Notes under the pieces: generated by a model | Told to the model about the DNA's origin: nothing | Seen by the model: the letters and a program-made list of their open reading frames with translations, nothing else | Database searches by the model: none | Shown: in pieces, positions 1 to 7,341 of the stretch | Layout of the letters: each line of letters begins with the position of its first letter | Position numbering within the stretch: position 1 is the stretch's first letter | Made by a program: the position numbers and the translations under genes | From: a virus | Taxonomy: Duplodnaviria; Caudoviricetes | IMG/VR virus record: IMGVR_UViG_3300027813_002889 | Span: 1-29,940 of that record | Length of the DNA stretch: 29,940 nucleotides | Direction: 5' to 3' (one strand)

Positions 1-246
1 CACCCTATTATGGAGGAATATGGTAATAATAAAGAATCGATATTCCTCCATGCTGAGATAGATGCATTTAATAAAGCATTAAAATTACTATCAAAAGAAC
101 AACTTACAAAATGCGACTTATATGTTCTAAGAGTAAAACGAGGCAAGAAAAATCAGTGGGTTAGAGGACTAGCTAAACCATGTAAGGGTTGTATGAAAGC
201 TATAGTACAACATCGAATTCGTAATATCTTTTTTACACAGGACTAA
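1..246 (+). CDS. Zn-dependent cytidine/deoxycytidylate deaminase-family protein, 5'-truncated by the window edge
   Basis: HAE (LHAEIDA) and PCxxC (PCKGC) zinc motifs. The frame is open back to base 1 (HPIMEEY...). Confidence 0.75.
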   Translation, partial: HPIMEEYGNNKESIFLHAEIDAFNKALKLLSKEQLTKCDLYVLRVKRGKKNQWVRGLAKPCKGCMKAIVQHRIRNIFFTQD

Positions 247-252
247 TTGTAA

Positions 253-258
253 TAAATA
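253..258 (+). promoter_or_regulatory. T4-late-like promoter (TAAATA)
   Basis: AATAAATA in the intergenic gap before the nuclease. The same motif recurs before many genes. Confidence 0.5.
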
Positions 259-292
259 ACTGAGTAGTTTATAAAACGAAAGGTGAACTTGC

Positions 293-742
293 ATGTATGA
301 ATACAGGTGTAAAATATTAAGAGTTATCGACGGTGACACAGTAGATGTTGATATTGATTTAGGTTTTGGAATATGGATGCATAAAGAACGAGTTCGAATG
401 ATGGGTATTGATACACCAGAATCACGAACACGGGATAAAATTGAAAAGAAGTTTGGATTAGCATCAAAAAAACGATTAAAGGATATGCTTCCAGTTGGAT
501 CAGCACAAACACTAAAAACGCAAATAGCGAAAGATGGTGAAGATGCTAAAGGGAAATTTGGTCGTATTTTGGGAGATTTTATAGTTCATTATGCACCTGA
601 GGATAGAGAAACTGGAGCATCTGAAATTATGATAATGGAAGGATATGCCGTTTCATATCATGGCCAGAATAAAGACGATGTTGAAGCAGAACATTTAAAT
701 AACAGAGAACGATTAATAAAAGAAAAAAAAGTAGTATTATAG
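293..742 (+). CDS. Thermonuclease (SNase family)
   Basis: RVIDGDTVD, RVRMMGIDTPES and KFGRILG motifs; SD AAGGTG. Confidence 0.9.
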   Translation: MYEYRCKILRVIDGDTVDVDIDLGFGIWMHKERVRMMGIDTPESRTRDKIEKKFGLASKKRLKDMLPVGSAQTLKTQIAKDGEDAKGKFGRILGDFIVHYAPEDRETGASEIMIMEGYAVSYHGQNKDDVEAEHLNNRERLIKEKKVVL

Positions 743-744
743 AA

Positions 745-1068
745 ATGTATAGACCGTTGCCGGATGGCTTAACAATATCATCATCACACGTACAAGGGTT
801 GGGCCTATTTGCAACGAAAAACTTTGATGCAAACACAGTTCTGGGTATTGTACATATTGCTAATAAAAACTTCCCACATGGTTATATTAGAACAGCATTA
901 GGGGCGTTTTATAATCACTCTGAAGACCCTAACTGTAAGACACTAAAAGGGTACTGGCATCAACTGCCTGTTAGATATCTTGTTACTACTAAGCCTATAA
1001 AGGCAGAAACTGGGTTACTGCAAGAATTAACAGCAAAGTATAGTTTATATACAGATTTTGATAGCTAG
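745..1068 (+). CDS. SET-domain protein (putative lysine methyltransferase)
   Basis: SHVQGLGLFA (GxG motif I), FYNHSEDPNC (NHS motif III) and ELTAKY (motif IV). Confidence 0.85.
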   Translation: MYRPLPDGLTISSSHVQGLGLFATKNFDANTVLGIVHIANKNFPHGYIRTALGAFYNHSEDPNCKTLKGYWHQLPVRYLVTTKPIKAETGLLQELTAKYSLYTDFDS

Positions 1069-1107
1069 TGCTTTATATTAGCACATAAGTCTCACTAAAG
1101 ACCCACT

Positions 1108-1113
1108 TAAATA
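1108..1113 (+). promoter_or_regulatory. T4-late-like promoter (TAAATA)
   Basis: CTTAAATA upstream of the cell wall hydrolase SD (AAGGA). Confidence 0.5.
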
Positions 1114-1147
1114 CAGTCCAGTCTAGATAGAAATAAAGGACAACGCC

Positions 1148-1696
1148 ATGAAAAGATTATGCATGGGGTTTCTGTTCATTGCTATACTAATTAGTAGCAA
1201 CGTATATGCGGCAGAGATATATACTCAAGAACAGGAACCAGAATTATATTGTTTAGCAGAGAATATTTATTGGGAGTCTCACCCAGATAACCTAGCCGGT
1301 AGAGCGGCCGTTGCCGATGTAGTACTTAATAGAGTAGCTGACACTCGGTTTCCTAATACAATCTGTGAAGTTGTTAAACAAGGACTAACGCAAGAAAGCT
1401 GGAGAACAAAAGGTAAAGAAGTTCCTGACGAAGAACGGGTTTTTAAACCTATTCGAAACATGTGCCAATTTAGTTGGTGGTGTGACGGGAAGCCAGACAT
1501 CATTCTTAATAAGGATGGAAAAGACTGGCGTAACATTCAAGAACTTGCATATAAGATCTTTACCAAAGGATACCTACGAGGCATAAGCGATAATGCAACA
1601 CATTATCATGCACCGTATGTTCATCCTGAATGGAATAAACGATTTATAAAAAAGGGCAGAATTGGACTGCATTTATTTTATCGTCAACAAAAATAA
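1148..1696 (+). CDS. Cell wall hydrolase, SleB/Hydrolase_2 family, with signal peptide
   Basis: CLAENIYWE (catalytic Glu), VVLNRV..FPNTICEVV, CQFSWWCDG, ATHYHA.YV.P.W, IGLHLFY. Confidence 0.9.
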   Translation: MKRLCMGFLFIAILISSNVYAAEIYTQEQEPELYCLAENIYWESHPDNLAGRAAVADVVLNRVADTRFPNTICEVVKQGLTQESWRTKGKEVPDEERVFKPIRNMCQFSWWCDGKPDIILNKDGKDWRNIQELAYKIFTKGYLRGISDNATHYHAPYVHPEWNKRFIKKGRIGLHLFYRQQK

Positions 1697-1699
1697 TAT

Positions 1700-2515
1700 A
1701 TGAAGAGACCAAATAAAATTGTAATAGCATTTTTTATCTTCATCCACTTAGGCGCACTTCTAGCCTTTATCCCTGGTACTTTCTGCTGGAGTGCAGTAGC
1801 CTTAATGATCTTTATGCATTGGTTAACAGCGTCAGTTGGAATATGTTTAGGATTTCATAGATACTTAACACACCGAGCAGTAATACTCCCAAAGTGGTTA
1901 GATTATATTATTACAACTATTGGAACATTAGCTTGTCAAAATGGTCCAATTAATTGGGTAGCTCATCATAGAATGCATCATGGAGGATCCGATACTTCAA
2001 TGGATCCGCATAATGCTAGTGAAGGCTTTTGGTGGTCACACATAGGGTGGATGTGCTATACTCAACATAAATTTGATCATCCTGCGAGAATAACTAGATT
2101 TGCTAGAGACATAAGTGATAACCGTTATTATCAATTTTTAGACAAACACTTTATATTATTGCAAATTGGATTAGCAATTCTTTTTTATCTACTTGGTGGA
2201 GTATCTTGGGTAGTATGGGGAATCTTTGTTCGCTTAGTATTAGTTTACCATTCTACTTGGTTTGTTAATAGTGCTTGTCATATATTTGGATATAAAAACT
2301 TTAAATTAGATTTTGATAGATCTACAAACTGTTGGTGGAGTGCAATATTAAGTTATGGCGAAGGTTGGCATAATAATCATCATGCAGATCCAAAACGTGC
2401 TAACAACAGAGTTAAAGCCTTTGAGATTGATCCTACCTTTATTCTTATTACAATACTCAAAAACCTTGGTTGTTTGAAATTGGCAAGGCGAAGGTTGACT
2501 TCTATACAAACATAG
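1700..2515 (+). CDS. desC: Delta-9 acyl-lipid fatty acid desaturase (DesC-like)
   Basis: Three His boxes (HRYLTH, HHRMHH, HNNHH), GFWWSHIGW, TWFVNS, GEGWHNNHH and TM segments. Confidence 0.9.
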   Translation: MKRPNKIVIAFFIFIHLGALLAFIPGTFCWSAVALMIFMHWLTASVGICLGFHRYLTHRAVILPKWLDYIITTIGTLACQNGPINWVAHHRMHHGGSDTSMDPHNASEGFWWSHIGWMCYTQHKFDHPARITRFARDISDNRYYQFLDKHFILLQIGLAILFYLLGGVSWVVWGIFVRLVLVYHSTWFVNSACHIFGYKNFKLDFDRSTNCWWSAILSYGEGWHNNHHADPKRANNRVKAFEIDPTFILITILKNLGCLKLARRRLTSIQT

Positions 2516-2523
2516 TGTATTAT
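2495..2523 (+). promoter_or_regulatory. sigma70-type promoter
   Basis: TTGACT-17-TATTAT with a TG extension. Confidence 0.5.
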
Positions 2524-2612
2524 AATTGTATTATGACACTTATGACAAACATAACAGTATCCAAAAAGAATATTCATCAAAATATTTTGGTGAACCTTTC
2601 TTTATTTTATGC

Positions 2613-2641
2613 TTGACCTTTGGGAAAATGTTTGTTATAAT
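2613..2641 (+). promoter_or_regulatory. sigma70-type (early) promoter for the lipoprotein cluster
   Basis: TTGACC-17-TATAAT. Confidence 0.75.
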
Positions 2642-2676
2642 GTATACATAATGAAAAACTACCTATGGAGGCTAAA

Positions 2677-3234
2677 ATGAAAGGCAATTTAAAAACAGCA
2701 GTAATATGTGGTGCATTAGCATTAAGTATTTCAGCTTGTAGTACAGTAACACATGTTGTAGACCAACAACAGGATGTAGTACCAAATTGGTACATGCATT
2801 GTAAGGATACCGGATCAGAAGGTTTATTTTGGTGGAGTAAAGATTATTACTATGCTTGTGGTGGATCTGTAAGTGGCTTTAAAGAAGCGGCTTATGATAA
2901 AGCTACACAAATAGCAAAAACCAAAATTGCTGATCGCATTAACGGTGAAGTTAACAAGCGAACAACTATTGAGTATAATGATGCTGGTAGTGAAGATTCA
3001 CTTACTAGTTCAACTCAGAGTCAAATGCTTATTGTTAATAAGATTACAGATACCGCAGTAAGACATTATTCTCAAAATGATGGATACCTATATAAAAGAA
3101 ATGGCGTATACCATTACTTCGTAATGATTAAAGTTGAGAAGGAAATTATTGATTCGTTGGTAACTGAAGCGAAGGCTAAGGATACCAAAATAGATACTAC
3201 TAGTATCAACAAGTCAGCTAAGAGCATAGACTAA
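2677..3234 (+). CDS. Lipoprotein (LPP20-like)
   Basis: Start moved to ATG 2677 because of SD GGAGG at 2667-2671. Lipobox ISAC; VPNWY...A.DKA...AK..IA pattern. Confidence 0.7.
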   Translation: MKGNLKTAVICGALALSISACSTVTHVVDQQQDVVPNWYMHCKDTGSEGLFWWSKDYYYACGGSVSGFKEAAYDKATQIAKTKIADRINGEVNKRTTIEYNDAGSEDSLTSSTQSQMLIVNKITDTAVRHYSQNDGYLYKRNGVYHYFVMIKVEKEIIDSLVTEAKAKDTKIDTTSINKSAKSID

Positions 3235-3288
3235 TGTTGGACACTTATCTAATCCATAATATAATTCTAACTTTAATAGGAGTGTGGA

Positions 3289-3648
3289 ATGGACAGCCCA
3301 TTTTGTAAGTTACTACTCATAAGTTCAGTATGTATTTTAGTAAATGCGTGTAGCTCTACTAAACATCTTACACTTGAAGAGGCAGGACACTCATACTGTG
3401 AAAACGAAAAGGTTATCGTTGAGCAGAACGGTGTCATTGACTCCGCCCAAGTAACTAAATGTACCGACAATCCAGTTAAAAAACTCCTACCACCTAAAAT
3501 GGGTGTAGGCAAAGATTGTCGATCATTTTTATTCATCTCTCAATTAGGCGGCCGCAATGTTGAACGAATAGGCTATGCTTGTTTAATGAAAGGAAAAGAC
3601 TATGAAACATCTCGCTGGTATATTGTGCAGTCTCCTTATCATAACTAG
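3289..3648 (+). CDS. Cys-rich lipoprotein, function unknown
   Basis: SD AGGAG, hydrophobic signal and lipobox VNAC; four further Cys in the mature part. Confidence 0.7.
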   Translation: MDSPFCKLLLISSVCILVNACSSTKHLTLEEAGHSYCENEKVIVEQNGVIDSAQVTKCTDNPVKKLLPPKMGVGKDCRSFLFISQLGGRNVERIGYACLMKGKDYETSRWYIVQSPYHN

Positions 3649-4054
3649 TTTAACAGGTTGTATGGGGTCTGGTAGTAATAAAAGAACATACAATACTAGT
3701 ACGAGTACAATCTCTAGTGTACAATCAACATACCAACCAGCTAATAGCTATGTAGGTATTTTAGCCAATTTTGCTCAATGGCAGTGGCATAGACTACCGG
3801 ATGAAGATAGACTTCAACAAGAACAAGCTATATACTTTGCTTTGGACAATGTTGATAACGGAGCATCGTCTAATTGGTATAATAACAATACAGGGACAAA
3901 TGGTAAAATTACTGTTATGTCAACATTTCCTATGGGAAGTGGGTATTGTCGAACAGTAATATCTAGATTACAACATAAAGGAAAAATGCGTGATTTTAAA
4001 GAGACTGCGTGTAAAGAGACAGGACATAATGGCTGGCGCTTTATTAAACAGTAA
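3602..4054 (+). CDS. RT0821/Lpp0805 (17-kDa surface antigen-like) lipoprotein
   Basis: Lipobox LTGC; W.N..TG..G.I......GYCR...ETAC....W pattern. Confidence 0.75.
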   Translation: MKHLAGILCSLLIITSLTGCMGSGSNKRTYNTSTSTISSVQSTYQPANSYVGILANFAQWQWHRLPDEDRLQQEQAIYFALDNVDNGASSNWYNNNTGTNGKITVMSTFPMGSGYCRTVISRLQHKGKMRDFKETACKETGHNGWRFIKQ

Positions 4055-4086
4055 TCTAACCATATTATTCCGTTTAACCCCACAGA

Positions 4087-4142
4087 TAAATATAGTATCG
4101 GGGAGAATTGTCTCCCTAGTAGTATATTAGGGAGAACAAATG
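4087..4142 (+). promoter_or_regulatory. Late-type promoter followed by a 5' leader with two mutually exclusive hairpins
   Basis: TAAATA 4087-4092. GGGAGA 4101-4106 and the SD-containing TAGGGAGA 4128-4135 both pair with TCTCCC(TA) 4111-4118. Confidence 0.6.
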
Positions 4143-6053
4143 TTTTTAGCGATTCTAACATTCTTGTCTGCATTAACCATTAGTGCAGTAGCAATCTATT
4201 ATAGTGTTGCTGGCCTGGCGGCCATTTTTGCGGCGGCAGTAGTTCCCATTATTGTTATGGGTGTATCATTAGAAGTTGGTAAACTAGTGACGGCTGTTTG
4301 GCTTCATCGCTATTGGGATCGAGCTGTTTGGTGGCTTAAAACATATCTTGCAATTGCTGTAGTTGTTTTAATGTTTATTACTTCAATGGGTATCTTTGGA
4401 TATCTTTCTAAAGCCCACATTGAACAAACAAGTATGAGCATAGAACAAGTAGCTCAAATCGAATCAATTACTGAAAAACTAGCACGTTCAGAAGCAAAAG
4501 TAACTCGTTGGACTGACGAAATTGATCGCTTAATGAAAGGCGAAGACATTCGTGTTGACACGTTAATTGAAAAAGAACAAGCAGAACTAGACAAACTTTA
4601 TAAAAGAATTAACGAAGAAAAAACAGCGGCCAAAGTTGTTACCGCAACAGAGATTGAACTTCAAAATGAAAGACTAAAACAAGCACAATTACGTAAATTT
4701 CAAGATATTAAGGCCGCGAAAGATCGAATGGAAGATTCAACATTTGGTGGCGGTACTCAATATGACAAAGCCGTAGAAGAAGCTAAAGCAAATGAATTAT
4801 CAGTTGCCAGCTCTGCTCAACGTGAAATTAGAAACGTTAACAAAAGATTAAATGAAACATTAGTAGCTATTGATTCTCGTTATGTTGATGAGATTAAATC
4901 TATTAATGATCGAATTCAGAAACTCCGCGGCCAAGCTAACGCAAAAACAGAAGATATTGACGGACGGGTAACAGACTTAGAAGCATTTATAGACAAAGAA
5001 CAACTTAAAGTAGATACTGCTAGAGAAGAGAAAGCAATATTCGAAAAACAATTTAGACAATTAGAAGCAGACGTAGGACCCATTAAATATATTGCTGAGT
5101 TTGTTTATGGTCAAGAGTCTGATGCAGATTTATTAGAAAAAGCTGTACGTTGGGTTATTATTGTTATTATATTTGTATTTGATCCGTTGGCAGTACTTTT
5201 ATTAATAGCAAGTCAGTATTCATTCCAATTTAGAAGAGAAAACATTATAGGTACAGATCCAGACCCAAAGGATGATGGGCCTGATGATAATGGGCCGGAC
5301 GATGACGACCCAAAGGACGACCCTAAGCCCTTTCCACAAGTCTCAGACGGAGACTGGATGTACGATATACCAATAATGCCTGAAGATAAAGATAAAGATG
5401 AGGATCATATTGAACTTCCCAAAAGTATAAGTCATGAACCTGAACAAATGGAACTACCGTTAGAAGAACCCAAAGAAGACATTTATGTAGATCCTAGACA
5501 AATGGAATTTGACTTTTCTGAAAAACCAGAAGAAACTACCAAGTATGATATTTCTAAAGAAGAAGTTGAAGAAATATTAGAAAACATTGAGACGGAGCAA
5601 GTGCCATTTCCTGAAATACCAGCGGCAGTAGTTCAAACTAAGTTATCACAAGCACAAATTAGAAAACTAGATGCAATGGATGAAGACTGGAAAAAAGCTA
5701 AAGCACAATGGAAAGAAGACCATCCTAAGGATACAATTAAAACACAAAAGATTGCATACCTTAATGGTAAGATTGAAGACTTTCCTTGGGAAGGTGATTA
5801 CCAAAGTATGAAAACAGAATCAGAAATAATGCAAGACGAGTTAGAACCAATTGCTACTGAATTAGACGAGGCAATGGAAGAAGTTGATGGCGTAGATAAA
5901 TGGAATGATTTTATTGACAATGCGAACAAGGCGGCCGAAGAAGAAGACTTAGATCAAAAAAAAAAATTCGAATCGACAAACTACTACACAAAAGTAAGCA
6001 ACAAACAAACAAAACAGAAAACACGGGAATTACCAGACGATACACAGAAGTAA
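4140..6053 (+). CDS. Membrane-anchored long coiled-coil protein (DUF4407-like) with acidic C-terminal region; possible -1 extension to 6133
   Basis: Three N-terminal hydrophobic helices (SLEVGKL...ITSMGIFGYLS), long coiled coil, VGPIKYIAE, a further TM (IIFVFDPLAVLLL) and a D/E/P-rich tail. Confidence 0.8.
   Translation: MFLAILTFLSALTISAVAIYYSVAGLAAIFAAAVVPIIVMGVSLEVGKLVTAVWLHRYWDRAVWWLKTYLAIAVVVLMFITSMGIFGYLSKAHIEQTSMSIEQVAQIESITEKLARSEAKVTRWTDEIDRLMKGEDIRVDTLIEKEQAELDKLYKRINEEKTAAKVVTATEIELQNERLKQAQLRKFQDIKAAKDRMEDSTFGGGTQYDKAVEEAKANELSVASSAQREIRNVNKRLNETLVAIDSRYVDEIKSINDRIQKLRGQANAKTEDIDGRVTDLEAFIDKEQLKVDTAREEKAIFEKQFRQLEADVGPIKYIAEFVYGQESDADLLEKAVRWVIIVIIFVFDPLAVLLLIASQYSFQFRRENIIGTDPDPKDDGPDDNGPDDDDPKDDPKPFPQVSDGDWMYDIPIMPEDKDKDEDHIELPKSISHEPEQMELPLEEPKEDIYVDPRQMEFDFSEKPEETTKYDISKEEVEEILENIETEQVPFPEIPAAVVQTKLSQAQIRKLDAMDEDWKKAKAQWKEDHPKDTIKTQKIAYLNGKIEDFPWEGDYQSMKTESEIMQDELEPIATELDEAMEEVDGVDKWNDFIDNANKAAEEEDLDQKKKFESTNYYTKVSNKQTKQKTRELPDDTQK
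5956..5966 (+). other. A11 homopolymer, candidate slippage/frameshift site
   Basis: GATC-A11-TTC. The -1 frame is open from 5918 to TAA 6131-6133 with no start codon. Confidence 0.6.
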
Positions 6054-6140
6054 TTGAGCCTAATCAACAATATGTTCAAAATTCAGAACAGAACCAAGAT
6101 TCTGTTTGGAACAAAATAAAATCTAATAAGTAATTACAAT

Positions 6141-6533
6141 ATGGCACAACCCACTATTAACTTAATTACATCACCAGATAAATTACATTCATCAGAATTA
6201 AGTTTTCTTTTAATTAATCCTAGTAATGTTCTTAAAGACCAATTTAATGATGTAATAAAAAAAGTAAAACGTACAGCTAACTTATATCTGTTTGAAGAAA
6301 CAGAAGGATCTGATATTGAATGGTTACTCGATGTATTAAGCATTGTAGACTATGTTATTCTAGATATTGACAATACTAAAGAAACTGAATGGTTAGTAGG
6401 ATACGTTTTGTCTTTTGATAAAACATATTACTTGACATCACACCCTATTAGAGTGTATAATGTATTAAACAAGAATAGAGTGTTTGACGTAAAGCAAATT
6501 GCTGAAGGAGTAAATTATTTTGCGAAAGTATAA
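6141..6533 (+). CDS. Hypothetical phage protein
   Basis: 130-aa ORF; TAAGTA 8 nt before the ATG and no SD. Confidence 0.75.
   Translation: MAQPTINLITSPDKLHSSELSFLLINPSNVLKDQFNDVIKKVKRTANLYLFEETEGSDIEWLLDVLSIVDYVILDIDNTKETEWLVGYVLSFDKTYYLTSHPIRVYNVLNKNRVFDVKQIAEGVNYFAKV
6432..6461 (+). promoter_or_regulatory. Consensus sigma70 promoter inside the upstream CDS, pointing at bS21 copy 1
   Basis: TTGACA-18-TATAAT. Confidence 0.7.
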
Positions 6534-6762
6534 CGAGAAGTATCGCCAGGAAAAAGGTTTAGAAGTTGTTGTTAAAAACGGCAATGTAGAAGGTGCTCTT
6601 AGAAAACTTAAAAAGAAAATTGCAGAAGATGGGTTAATGATTGAATTGCGTGAGCGTCAACATTATGTAAAGCCCAGTGAAAAACGTGCAAAGGATAAAG
6701 CGGCCGGCAAAGCACGACATGAAAAAATGATAAAAACTCGTCAAGAAAAGGTAGGCTGGTAA
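6520..6762 (+). CDS. rpsU: 30S ribosomal protein bS21 (copy 1)
   Basis: V.V.NGNVE.ALR.LKKK...G...ELRER.HY.KPSEKR; TTG start with SD AAGGAG. Confidence 0.92.
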   Translation: MRKYNEKYRQEKGLEVVVKNGNVEGALRKLKKKIAEDGLMIELRERQHYVKPSEKRAKDKAAGKARHEKMIKTRQEKVGW

Positions 6763-7341
6763 ATGGAACTAAAAGCTGATTTATGGTTTCCTAGTATTGT
6801 ATTTGCAGGAATGAATGAAGATATAAATTTAGACTTTTTGAAAGTAACCGCAAATGAGTTAAAAGGCGATGACAAGTCTAATAAATGGTGTAGCGAATCG
6901 ATATCTACGTTTGATGATTTAGAACTTAACAAAAAGCTAATGATGAGAGCCTTTCAATCAGAGCTTGATAAGGCTGTAAATCATGTGTGTAAAAGTATAG
7001 GACTACCAGCAGTTGCGTTCCAAGGATTTAAAATTCATAGTAACGGTCCCGGAACATATAACACTCAACATAATCATCCAGGGTCGTTGTTAAGTGGACT
7101 ATTTTTTGTTGATGAACCAGAAGTTGATATGGGTAATGTACAATTTTTTAGAGATGACGAATCTCGTTATTACTTGCCTACATTAGATTTATACAATAAT
7201 ATTACAACAAAGTTAGCGTCATATAAACCGCAAACTGGATTAATGCTAGTCTTTCCAAGCTGGATTAAACATGCAACAACAATGAATAACAGCGACAAGA
7301 ATCGTCTTGTAATATCATTTAATTACGGAGTTAAACAATGA
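6763..7341 (+). CDS. 2OG-Fe(II) oxygenase-like protein (TIGR02466 type)
   Basis: LWFPS, HNHPGSLLSG, FPSWIKH and NRLVISFN motifs. Confidence 0.85.
   Translation: MELKADLWFPSIVFAGMNEDINLDFLKVTANELKGDDKSNKWCSESISTFDDLELNKKLMMRAFQSELDKAVNHVCKSIGLPAVAFQGFKIHSNGPGTYNTQHNHPGSLLSGLFFVDEPEVDMGNVQFFRDDESRYYLPTLDLYNNITTKLASYKPQTGLMLVFPSWIKHATTMNNSDKNRLVISFNYGVKQ

Noticed and set aside
723-730. A8 runs here and at 13592-13599 as slip sites
   Set aside because: They are shorter than typical slippage-prone runs, the genes are complete in frame 0, and there is no unexplained gap to fill.
2533-2616. 27-codon ORF after the promoter at 2495
   Set aside because: No SD, no motif, and too short to support, although leaderless translation cannot be excluded.
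5255-5330. GATGA/GACCC-rich quasi-repeats
   Set aside because: They encode a low-complexity Asp/Pro linker (DPDPKDDGPDD...). There is no constant repeat-spacer pattern, so this is not a CRISPR array.
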